In this document: piece after piece, positions 52,410-61,118 of the stretch
Position numbering within the stretch: position 1 is the stretch's first letter
How the letters are laid out: every line of letters begins with the position of its first letter
Assembly (NCBI GenBank): GCA_963796965.1
Contig: CAWCNS010000011.1
Coordinates: 672,001 to 736,000, forward strand
Direction of reading: 5' to 3'
Length of the DNA: 64,000 nucleotides
Source: Calditrichia bacterium
Lineage (GTDB): Bacteria; Calditrichota; Calditrichia; JAJRVZ01
Made by a program: the position numbers and the translations under genes
The notes under the pieces: model-generated
The model's input: the letters and a program-made list of their open reading frames with translations, nothing else
The model's database searches: none
What the model was told of the DNA's origin: nothing

Positions 52410-53339
52410 TTATGAGTTGGGATATTCAAAAAATCCCTTACCGGTTTTAACCCCCAAATGACCAGCACGCACTAATTTTCTCAATAAGGGACAGGGACGA
52501 TATTTTGATTCTCCTAATTCCCGGAAAAGTGTTTCCATCCAGGCCATCAATTCATCCAGACCGATCATATCGGCGAGAGAAAGAGGGCCTTTCGAAAAGT
52601 TATAACCAAGTTTGATAGCTATGTCAATATGCTCCGCTGAGGCAACGCCCTCCATTAAAATATACATTGCCTCATTGATCATCGGCACAATTACTCTGGT
52701 GGTTATGTAACCGGGATATTCATATACCTCAACGGCCGTTTTGTCCAATGTTTCAGAAAATTCATTGATTAACTTGAATGTTTCATCGGAAGTCTTTAAT
52801 CCCCGCACGATCTCGACTAATGGAATTTTTGGGACAGGATTAAGAAAATGCATGCCAATTATTTTCTCGGGACGGTTGGTTACTTCGGCTATTTCAGTAA
52901 TACTTAGAGCTGATGTGTTTGTAACAAAGACCGTCTCATCATCACATATTTCATCAATTTTTTTTAGAAGGTTTTGTTTGGCTACAAGACTCTCGGTGAT
53001 TGCCTCAATTACAATATCCCCGTAAACAGCACTGTCGATTTCTTTTGTAACTGTTGTTCTCGAAAGAATGGCTCTTTTCTCGGATTCTGTCATCGTCCAG
53101 CGATCGATTTCAGCATCCATACTTTCTTCAAGTTTTTGCCTAGCATCTATGACTTTATCATCATTTCTTTCGATAAGAATAACATCAATGCCTTTTGATG
53201 CAATGAGCTGAGAAATGCCTCTTCCCATTATTCCGGCACCGATAACAACCGTCTTTTTTATTGGTTGATCACTATCCTCCATCTCCAGCGTTCCTCTGCT
53301 CAGAATTTCAATATTCATAACTTTTTTATCTTCTGGCAT
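52410..53339 (-). CDS. hbd: 3-hydroxybutyryl-CoA / 3-hydroxyacyl-CoA dehydrogenase
   Basis: GAGIMGRGI, IEAITE, TNTSALSIT, GMHFLNP, GPLSLADMIGLD, LGVKTGKGFF. Confidence 0.9.
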   Translation of the reverse strand: MPEDKKVMNIEILSRGTLEMEDSDQPIKKTVVIGAGIMGRGISQLIASKGIDVILIERNDDKVIDARQKLEESMDAEIDRWTMTESEKRAILSRTTVTKEIDSAVYGDIVIEAITESLVAKQNLLKKIDEICDDETVFVTNTSALSITEIAEVTNRPEKIIGMHFLNPVPKIPLVEIVRGLKTSDETFKLINEFSETLDKTAVEVYEYPGYITTRVIVPMINEAMYILMEGVASAEHIDIAIKLGYNFSKGPLSLADMIGLDELMAWMETLFRELGESKYRPCPLLRKLVRAGHLGVKTGKGFFEYPNS

Positions 53340-53444
53340 CAAGAACTCCTCTAATTTTCAAAACATAACACATCGATGTTTTTCTCTTCGTGAATTTTTT
53401 ATTTAATGATTTTATTTTACTCAAATTACTGAAGCACTATTAGT

Positions 53445-53894
53445 TTATTTAATTGGGGGCATTGTATCGAGTATTTCTTTCTTCGAAAAAAAGAATGAAC
53501 TCTCGATCACCGCATTTTCTTTTGAATCAGAGGCATGGATAATATTGTTTTGTTTATTTTCAGCGAATCGTTTTCTAATTGTTCCTTCTTCCGCTTCCGC
53601 AGGGTCTGTATTTCCAATGGTTTTTCTTAGTTCCTCAACAGCATTTTCTTTTTCCAGAATCAATGGAACAACTTCAGATTCGGTCATAAAGTCCAATAAA
53701 TTTGGATAAAACGGTCTCTCTTTATGTACAGCATAAAACTCGCCAGCACTCAAACGATCAAGTTTAACCATTTTCATCGCAACAATTTTAAAACCTGAAT
53801 CAAGAAGATGATCTATTACTTTACCAATTAAATTTCTTTGAACACAATCCGGTTTAAGTATCGCCAATGTCTGTTCTTTCAACAAAACCTCCAT
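53445..53894 (-). CDS. ndk: Nucleoside diphosphate kinase
   Basis: [31 protein letters not shown]. Confidence 0.96.
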   Translation of the reverse strand: MEVLLKEQTLAILKPDCVQRNLIGKVIDHLLDSGFKIVAMKMVKLDRLSAGEFYAVHKERPFYPNLLDFMTESEVVPLILEKENAVEELRKTIGNTDPAEAEEGTIRKRFAENKQNNIIHASDSKENAVIESSFFFSKKEILDTMPPIK

Positions 53895-53979
53895 GTTTCT
53901 CTATCAACAATTATACTGCTAACATCAGGTTAAAATATAAGAATTATTTATATAAAATTCCCTGAATATATCTCGTATC

Positions 53980-54852
53980 TTAATGCAAAACATCCTCAAT
54001 CGTTTTTCCAATATCCGCCGGACTTTTGCATACATGTATGCCCGCATCGGATAGGGCTTTCATTTTCTCTTCAGCCGTCCCCTTCCCCCCGCTGATAATA
54101 GCGCCGGCATGGCCCATCCGTCTTCCGGGCGGGGCTGTCTGACCGGCAATAAAACTGACCACCGGCTTATTCAGATTACTTTTAATCCAAACTGCCGCTT
54201 CTTCCTCTGCCGTTCCACCTATTTCACCGATCATGACAATGGCGTCTGTGTCAGGATCATCCTTAAACAATTCAAGTGCATCAATAAATCGCGTTCCAAT
54301 AATGGGATCCCCACCGATTCCTATACAGGTGGATTGCCCAATGCCCCGGCTGCTTAATTGCCCAACAGCCTCATAGGTCAAGGTACCGGATCTGGAAATT
54401 ACCCCCACATTCCCTTCCTTGTGGATAAATCCGGGCATGATACCCATCTTGGACTTTCCGGGTGAAATGATCCCGGGACAATTGGGTCCGATAAGATGCA
54501 CACCATTTGACTTAACTATCTGATAAACATTGAGCATATCCAGGGCTGGTATTCCTTCTGTAATACAGGCGATAACATTAATCCCTGCGTGAGTTGCCTC
54601 CAACACAGCATCTGCTGCAAATGGTGGGGGGACAAATATTGTAGAAGCATCAGCACCTGTTTCTCTAACCGCCTCTTCCACTGTATTAAAAATAGGGATT
54701 TTTCCTTCGAAAAATTGCCCACCTTTTCCCGGTGTAACACCAGCCACAACATTTGTTCCATACTCAATCATTTGGGTGGCATGAAATGATCCTTCACTTC
54801 CGGTAATACCTTGTACGAGCACTTTTGTCGTTTTATCAATCAAGACACTCAT
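53980..54852 (-). CDS. sucD: Succinyl-CoA synthetase alpha subunit
   Basis: [38 protein letters not shown]. Confidence 0.97.
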   Translation of the reverse strand: MSVLIDKTTKVLVQGITGSEGSFHATQMIEYGTNVVAGVTPGKGGQFFEGKIPIFNTVEEAVRETGADASTIFVPPPFAADAVLEATHAGINVIACITEGIPALDMLNVYQIVKSNGVHLIGPNCPGIISPGKSKMGIMPGFIHKEGNVGVISRSGTLTYEAVGQLSSRGIGQSTCIGIGGDPIIGTRFIDALELFKDDPDTDAIVMIGEIGGTAEEEAAVWIKSNLNKPVVSFIAGQTAPPGRRMGHAGAIISGGKGTAEEKMKALSDAGIHVCKSPADIGKTIEDVLH

Positions 54853-54906
54853 TAGTAACTCCCTCATTTAGGGTAAAATTAATAAGGCAAAAAAATAGTT
54901 TTTCCT

Positions 54907-54943
54907 TTTTAACTTTAAACTTTAAACTTTGAACTGAGAACTT
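54907..54943. repeat. Heptamer tandem array abutting the sucC stop
   Basis: ttttaac tttaaac tttaaac tttgaac tgagaac. Confidence 0.6.
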
Positions 54944-56107
54944 TTAGATCTTTAATGTGTTTACAACTTTTTCAGCCGCATCTTCCAGGTTTTTTGCTAC
55001 AATGCAATCCATGGCAGATTTTTCCAATAACACAGCGGCCTCTTTTGCATTTGTGCCTTCAAGCCTTACAACAACAGGGACATTAATGTCCACCGTATTT
55101 GCGGCTTCAATAACCCCTTTGGCCACTCGATCACAACGGACGATGCCACCGAATATATTAATCAAAATGGCTTTTACATTCTTATCTGATAAAATGATTT
55201 TAAATCCATCACGAACGGTATCGACATTTGCTCCACCGCCCACATCAAGAAAGTTGGCTGGTTCTCCACCGGATAATTTTATAATATCCATCGTAGACAT
55301 GGCCAACCCAGCACCATTTACCATACAACCAACATTTCCATCTAACTTGATATAGTTAAGATCATATTTTGATGCTTCAACTTCCAGAGCATCCTCTTCA
55401 TCCAGGTCTCTCATGTCTGAATATTCTTTATGGCGGTAATCTGCATTATCATCAAAATTAATTTTTGCATCTAAGGCAACTACCTGCCCATCTCTGGTAA
55501 TAATCAGGGGATTGATTTCTGCCAACGAAGCGTCTGTCTCAATAAACGCTTTGTAGAGAGACATCATAAATTTAACGGCATTGCCAACCTGTTTACCCTC
55601 CAGTCCTAATCCAAAGGCCAACTTACGTGCCTGGAAGGGCATTAATCCCAGCGCCGGATCAATCCATTCTTTTAAAATCTTTTCTGGTGTTTCAGCGGCA
55701 ACTTTTTCAATTTCCACCCCGCCCTCCGTACTGGCCATCATAACCAGTTTTGAGACCGCTCTATCCAAAACCATTCCCAGATATAATTCACGTGCGATAT
55801 CCATTCCTTCTTCAATGAGTAGTTTTTTTACAATTCTACCCTCGGGGCCGGTCTGATGTGTGACCAGGTTCATGCCTAAAATTTCACGGGCCAGTTGGCG
55901 TACTTCGTCTCGGGATCGGGCTAACTTCACCCCTCCACCTTTTCCCCTTCCGCCGGCATGAATTTGTGCTTTTATAACGACAACCTCAGTACCAAGATCC
56001 TTGGCAATGGTTACAGCCTCATCTACACTAAAAGCTACCTTTCCGCGCGGGACAGGGACATTATATTTTCTTAATATTTCTTTGGCCTGATATTCATGAA
56101 TTTTCAT
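54944..56107 (-). CDS. sucC: Succinyl-CoA synthetase beta subunit
   Basis: [54 protein letters not shown]. Confidence 0.97.
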   Translation of the reverse strand: MKIHEYQAKEILRKYNVPVPRGKVAFSVDEAVTIAKDLGTEVVVIKAQIHAGGRGKGGGVKLARSRDEVRQLAREILGMNLVTHQTGPEGRIVKKLLIEEGMDIARELYLGMVLDRAVSKLVMMASTEGGVEIEKVAAETPEKILKEWIDPALGLMPFQARKLAFGLGLEGKQVGNAVKFMMSLYKAFIETDASLAEINPLIITRDGQVVALDAKINFDDNADYRHKEYSDMRDLDEEDALEVEASKYDLNYIKLDGNVGCMVNGAGLAMSTMDIIKLSGGEPANFLDVGGGANVDTVRDGFKIILSDKNVKAILINIFGGIVRCDRVAKGVIEAANTVDINVPVVVRLEGTNAKEAAVLLEKSAMDCIVAKNLEDAAEKVVNTLKI

Positions 56108-56174
56108 GAAGCACTCCCTACTTAAAATTAAAATTGGTTAATAAAAAGTCTGATTACGAAGCGCATATATGATT

Positions 56175-57125
56175 TTAGTGAACCGTAATAATCGTACCGG
56201 ACTCTCCGGCAAGAGCCATTAAGGCCTTGTCTATTGAAGTGATGATAACTTTTTCACCACCAGAATCAAGGAAATTAATCGCAGCTTCAATTTTAGGCCC
56301 CATACTTCCTTTAGGAAACTGTCCATCGTTAAGGTAGCGTCGCGCCTCAGGCAGCGTCATAGCATCCAGATTTTTTTGATCTGGTTTCTTATAATTTAAT
56401 GCGACCTGATCTACCCCAGTCAAAATTAGCAATTCCTGTGCATTTATATCGCGGGCAAGAACAGCAGATGCCAAATCCTTGTCAATAACACCATCGACAC
56501 CCTCCAACCACCCCGTTCCTTCCCGATAGACAGGTATTCCACCACCACCTGCTGCAATTACTATTATGTCTTTATCAACAAGGAGTTTAATGATTTCTTT
56601 CTCAACGATTTGCCTGGGGATAGGAGATGGAACGACACGCCGAAATCCACGACCAGGATCCTCTTTCATAATCCATCCCCGTTCCTCCTCTAACTTTTTC
56701 ACCTGATCGTTTTTAAAAAATGGGCCGACAAACTTAGTGGGATTAAGAATAGAGGGGTCTTCTTTATCTACCAATACTTGCGTTAAAACAGTTATAACCT
56801 GCCGGGGTAGTCCGCGATCATGGAGTTTGTTCTGCAAACATTGTTCAATCATGTATCCCATTCCACCTTCTAAATCTGCCACAATTATTCCAAGGGGCAA
56901 TGGGGGCACCAGGTGGCGTGTTTCTTCAACTCGAACTAAAGCATTTCCAACCTGCGGGCCATTACCATGCGTTATAACGACCCGGTACCCCTTTCGGATA
57001 TATGCTACAACACTCCGAAGACTACGCCGTGTATTTTCAAATTGCTGGGTAATGCTACCTTCTTCAAACTCCCTGGTGATGGCATTACCACCCAATGCAA
57101 CAACCACTGTTTTTTCCCGCATCAT
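56175..57125 (-). CDS. arcC: Carbamate kinase
   Basis: VALGGNA, THGNGPQVG, PTKFVGPF, RRVVPSP, AGGGGIPV, VIDKD, GSMGPKIEAA. Confidence 0.96.
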   Translation of the reverse strand: MMREKTVVVALGGNAITREFEEGSITQQFENTRRSLRSVVAYIRKGYRVVITHGNGPQVGNALVRVEETRHLVPPLPLGIIVADLEGGMGYMIEQCLQNKLHDRGLPRQVITVLTQVLVDKEDPSILNPTKFVGPFFKNDQVKKLEEERGWIMKEDPGRGFRRVVPSPIPRQIVEKEIIKLLVDKDIIVIAAGGGGIPVYREGTGWLEGVDGVIDKDLASAVLARDINAQELLILTGVDQVALNYKKPDQKNLDAMTLPEARRYLNDGQFPKGSMGPKIEAAINFLDSGGEKVIITSIDKALMALAGESGTIITVH

Positions 57126-57170
57126 AGCCTTTCATCGATTGATGCAGATGCAAGAATTAAATTTAAGTTT

Positions 57171-58486
57171 TTAAAGAATTTTTTGCAAGGCATCTGACAA
57201 CGTCGGTTGACCAATTTCCTGCAATTCATAATAAACACGTAAAGCTGGTTTACTTATTGTTATAATTTTTCGCAGATCAATCGGGGTACCAATTATAACC
57301 AGTTCAGCATCTGAATTCTCAATGGTCGTTTCCAGATCTTTCATTTGTCCATTACCATAGCCCATAGCAGGGAGCAGCGTGCCAATCTCGGGATATTTTT
57401 CAAATGTTTCGGTAATGCTGCCGACAGTAAATGGACGGGGGTCAACCAATCTCTGAAGCGCCATATTTTTCTGCGGCTACAATTCCTGCACCAAACGTCA
57501 TTTCACCATGGGTCAGGGTTGGACCGTCTTCTACTACCATAACCCGCTTTCCTTTAATCAGCTCAAACTGATCTACGAAAATGGGAGAAGCCGCGTCAAT
57601 GACCATGGCTTTTGGATTAACCTGATTGATATTTTCCCTCACCTCGAGAATATCATCAGGATCAGCGGAATCAATTTTATTAATTATGATCGATGTCCGC
57701 CATGCGCAAATTTGCTTCTCCTGGATAATAGAACAACTCATCACCTGGACGATGCGGATCAACTAAGACAATATGCAGGTCCGGTTTGTAAAACGGTAGA
57801 TCATTATTACCACCATCCCACAAAATAACATCCGCTTCTTTTTCAGCTTCTTTTAAGATAGCCTCATAATCAACCCCGGCATAAATGACGGTTCCCGATA
57901 CGATATGTGGTTCATATTCTTCCCGCTCCTCAATCGTACAATCATGTTTGTCCAAATCCTCAAGAGAGGCAAAACGCTGTACCTTTTGGGCGACCAGATC
58001 CCCATAGGGCATGGGATGTCGAATGGCCACAACTTTTTTTCCACTCTCTTGTAGGAGTTTACTCACTTTTCTGGTAGTCTGACTTTTACCACAACCAGTC
58101 CGGACGGCACATACAGAGACAACCGGCTTACTGCTCTTTATCATGGTTTTGGATGGCCCAAGCAATTTAAAATCCGCCCCGGCCGAATTAACTAATGCTG
58201 ATTTATTCATCACATAGTCATAAGGTACATCACTATAAGCAAAGACGACTTCATCGACATTATATTTATGTATAAGATCCACTAACTCTTTCTCCGGGTA
58301 AATGTTGATACCCTGAGGATACAGATCTCCGGCCAGCTCAGCCGGATACTTTCGTCCGTCAATATTAGGTATCTGGGTGGCTGTAAATGCAACAACCTCG
58401 TATTTTTCATTACCCCGATAAAAGGTGTTAAAATTATGAAAATCACGGCCCGCAGCACCCATAATCAATACTTTAATTCGTTCCAT
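57171..58486 (-). CDS. arcE: COG2403 P-loop enzyme (usually annotated cyclic 2,3-diphosphoglycerate synthetase/GTPase); likely ArcE-type arginine synthetase (two frameshifts)
   Basis: MGAAGRDFHNFN, P-loop RTGCGKS, RHPMPYG, EEREEYEPH, WDGGNND / INKID, EDGPTLTHG / LPAMGY..GTPIDL; directly upstream of arcC. Confidence 0.7.
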
Positions 58487-58544
58487 TAAAACCTCCTTAA
58501 ATATTTATAATTTAAATTCGATTTTGTTCAACCAATAAACCAAT

Positions 58545-58684
58545 TTCTCACGCAAAGGCGCAAAGACGCCAAGAAAAGATAAATTATATATATTTTTTTT
58601 AAATGTACCTATCCATTAAAAATTCTTGACTAAATCCATAGATATAAAATATTTACCTTTGCGTCTCTGCGTCTTTGCGAGAAT
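58545..58684. repeat. Intergenic palindrome with 8-nt periodic arms (CGCAAAGA)
   Basis: Left arm ttctcacgcaaaggcgcaaagacgccaaga; reverse complement of right arm ttctcgcaaagacgcagagacgcaaagg. Confidence 0.8.
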
Positions 58685-58710
58685 TAAATGCATCACAATT
58701 CTTGACTGAT

Positions 58711-58735
58711 AAAAAAAAGGGCTTTCACCTTTTTA
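58711..58735 (-). terminator. Putative terminator after pruA
   Basis: Minus strand AAAAGG-TGAAAGC-CCTTTT extending into a T8 run, at the stop codon. Confidence 0.4.
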
Positions 58736-60358
58736 TTTCATAAACGGATAGGTCCAGTCTTCGGGCGGTACTAATGTTTCTTTAATGGTTCTTGCCGTCA
58801 TCCATCTTAAAATATTCATGGCACTTCCCGCTTTATCATTGGTTCCGGAGGCCCGGCCACCACCAAATGGTTGTTGTCCAACAACAGCTGCCGTTGGTTT
58901 GTCATTAATATAAAAATTGCCTGCCGCATTACGTAATCGATTGGACATGGTTACCAGGGCATCACGATCCTGGGCCCATATGGCTCCAGTGAGAGCATAA
59001 GGAGAGGTTTCATCACATAAGGTTAATGCCTCTTCAAATTCCTCGTCCTCATAGACATAAATAGTTAGTACCGGACCAAAGATCTCTTCTTCCATTGTTT
59101 TAAATCGGGGATCAGTCGTAACAATAGTTGTCGGTTCTATAAAATAGCCCTTTGAATCATCATACTTTCCACCGGTTAGAATCTTAGCATCTTCCGAATC
59201 ATTCGCAAAATCAATGTAACCTGTTATCGTATCAAAGGCCCCCTTATCGATAACAGCCGTAAAGAAATTTTTAAAATCTGTTGGTTCACCCATCTTAATC
59301 TTGCCAACCTCTAGTTTATACAGTGTCTCAAATTCTCCCCAAAGTGAACGTGGAATGTACATCCTAGATGCCGCAGAACACTTTTGTCCCTGGTATTCAA
59401 ACGCACCTCTAATAGCCGCCGTAACTAATGGTTTAACCCTTGTAGAGGGATGAACAAAAATAAAATCCTTACCACCTGTTTCACCAACGATTCTTGGATA
59501 ATATTTCATTTTAGAAATGTTTTCACCAACGGTGCGCCACATACTCTGAAAGACCTCCGTAGAGCCGGTAAAATGGATTCCAGCCAGATCAGCACTGGCC
59601 ATTACCGGATTTCCCACTTCCCCCCCAGATCCGGGGATAAAATTGATTACGCCATCAGGTAGACCTGCTTCTTTGAGTAATTCCATTAAAAAATAGGCAG
59701 AATAAACAGCACTGGAAGCGGGTTTCCACAAAGATACGTTCCCGACAATTGCCGGGGCGGTTGGAAGATTTCCGGCAATTGATGTAAAATTAAAAGGTGT
59801 TACGGCAAAGACAAATCCTTCCAGGGGGCGATATTCTAATCGGTTCCACATCCCGGGAGGCGAATAAGGCTGTTCGGACATAAGATCTGTCATATAGCTG
59901 GCATTAAAACGCCAAAAATCACAAAGTTCTGCAACCGCATCAATTTCCGATTGATAAACCGTTTTTGATTGTCCTAACATCGTCGCAGCATTTAAAGTCG
60001 AGCGCCAGGGTCCGGCTAATAAATCTGCTGCTTTCAAAAAAATTGATGCACGGTGCTCCCAGGGCATCTCTGCCCAGGATTTTCTTGCTTCTAGAGCAGC
60101 CTCGATAGCCAGATCCACTTCCTTTTTGCCTGACTTGTGATAGGTGCCGAGGAGTATATTATGGTTGTGGGGTGCTCTGATTTCGACTGTCGCACCGGTT
60201 TTTATAGGTTTTCCACCAATTATAAGAGGGATCTCAATTTCATCTGCCTGCATGGCATCTAATCTATCTAATAATTCATCCCGTTCACTCGATCCAGGTT
60301 CATAATTAAGGACCGGCTCATTGTAAGGTTCAGGTACCTGAAAATATGCATTGCTCAT
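58733..60358 (-). CDS. pruA: L-glutamate gamma-semialdehyde (P5C) dehydrogenase
   Basis: NEPVLNY, TPFNFTSIAGNL, FTGST, GETGGKD, FEYQGQKCSAASR, EEIFGP, GNFYINDKPT, QQPFGGGRASGTNDKAG. Confidence 0.95.
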   Translation of the reverse strand: MSNAYFQVPEPYNEPVLNYEPGSSERDELLDRLDAMQADEIEIPLIIGGKPIKTGATVEIRAPHNHNILLGTYHKSGKKEVDLAIEAALEARKSWAEMPWEHRASIFLKAADLLAGPWRSTLNAATMLGQSKTVYQSEIDAVAELCDFWRFNASYMTDLMSEQPYSPPGMWNRLEYRPLEGFVFAVTPFNFTSIAGNLPTAPAIVGNVSLWKPASSAVYSAYFLMELLKEAGLPDGVINFIPGSGGEVGNPVMASADLAGIHFTGSTEVFQSMWRTVGENISKMKYYPRIVGETGGKDFIFVHPSTRVKPLVTAAIRGAFEYQGQKCSAASRMYIPRSLWGEFETLYKLEVGKIKMGEPTDFKNFFTAVIDKGAFDTITGYIDFANDSEDAKILTGGKYDDSKGYFIEPTTIVTTDPRFKTMEEEIFGPVLTIYVYEDEEFEEALTLCDETSPYALTGAIWAQDRDALVTMSNRLRNAAGNFYINDKPTAAVVGQQPFGGGRASGTNDKAGSAMNILRWMTARTIKETLVPPEDWTYPFMK

Positions 60359-60442
60359 GTATCGTTCTCCTTCTAATAGAAGTGTTATTTTGCCGTATTT
60401 ACAAATGAAGAATGATTAACTTTTAGAAAAACACTATCAATA

Positions 60443-60471
60443 AATATACCATCGGCTTTACTGAAAATCAA
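60443..60471 (-). promoter_or_regulatory. Putative sigma70 promoter for pruA
   Basis: Minus strand TTGATT-17nt-TATATT with an extended TG. Confidence 0.5.
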
Positions 60472-60567
60472 CCGAAAACAGGCCATTTTTTGCCATATCT
60501 ATCTTATTGTATTTTAGTGCTTTACATTGGGTGGTTTTATATATGCAGAATAGTAAATATTTATGCA

Positions 60568-61109
60568 TTATTTTATGATGGAATAACAAAAACAATCACG
60601 AGGTTTTTCACCAAATTGAGGAAGAGTTAACCAACTTCTTAGGACACCCTCACATTGCATGCCACATTTTTCCATTACATTTTTTGATGCGGTATTCTCA
60701 ACATCACAAAATGCCCACACCCGGTAAATATCATTTTGCAGAAAAGCCCATTCGATTATCAATCGAAGTGCTTCCGTCATGTATCCATTACCCCAGAAGG
60801 ATCTGGCTAAAACATATCCCAGGCAGACACCGGAATGATCAATAGAGGTTATCTCAACCATTCCTAATAACTGATTGTCAGATTTTCGTATTATCGTCCA
60901 GGGAAAGCTTCGTCTTTCTGCCATGTTAGAACACACCGTTTAATAAAAGAACGGGTTTCTTTTATTGATTTGTGGGGTTGCCAGGTTAAAAATTTTGTAA
61001 TCACTTTATCCTGAGCATATAAATCAAAAATTGTCGAGGCGTCTTCAAGTACTGGTTTTCTTAATACCAGACGATCGGCGCTCAATAAATCAGGAGGTTT
61101 CCTGGGCAT
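60568..61109 (-). CDS. GNAT (RimJ/RimL-like) N-acetyltransferase (frameshift near 60935)
   Basis: RLVLRKPVLEDA..FLTWQPHKS / LGYVLARSFWGNGYMTEA, NTASKNVMEKCGMQCEG. Confidence 0.85.
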
Positions 61110-61118
61110 ATTATCTCC

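Noticed and set aside
54957..57197. Antisense ORFs over sucC and arcC (also 13643-14023, 15057-15470, 22869-23246, 41484-41759, 61213-61605 and similar)
   Set aside because: Shadow ORFs opposite well-conserved genes, with no motifs or SD sites.
57171..58486. Annotation as cyclic 2,3-diphosphoglycerate synthetase
   Set aside because: No 2-phosphoglycerate kinase is nearby, and linkage to carbamate kinase and P5C dehydrogenase favours an ArcE-type role; not excluded without a phylogeny.
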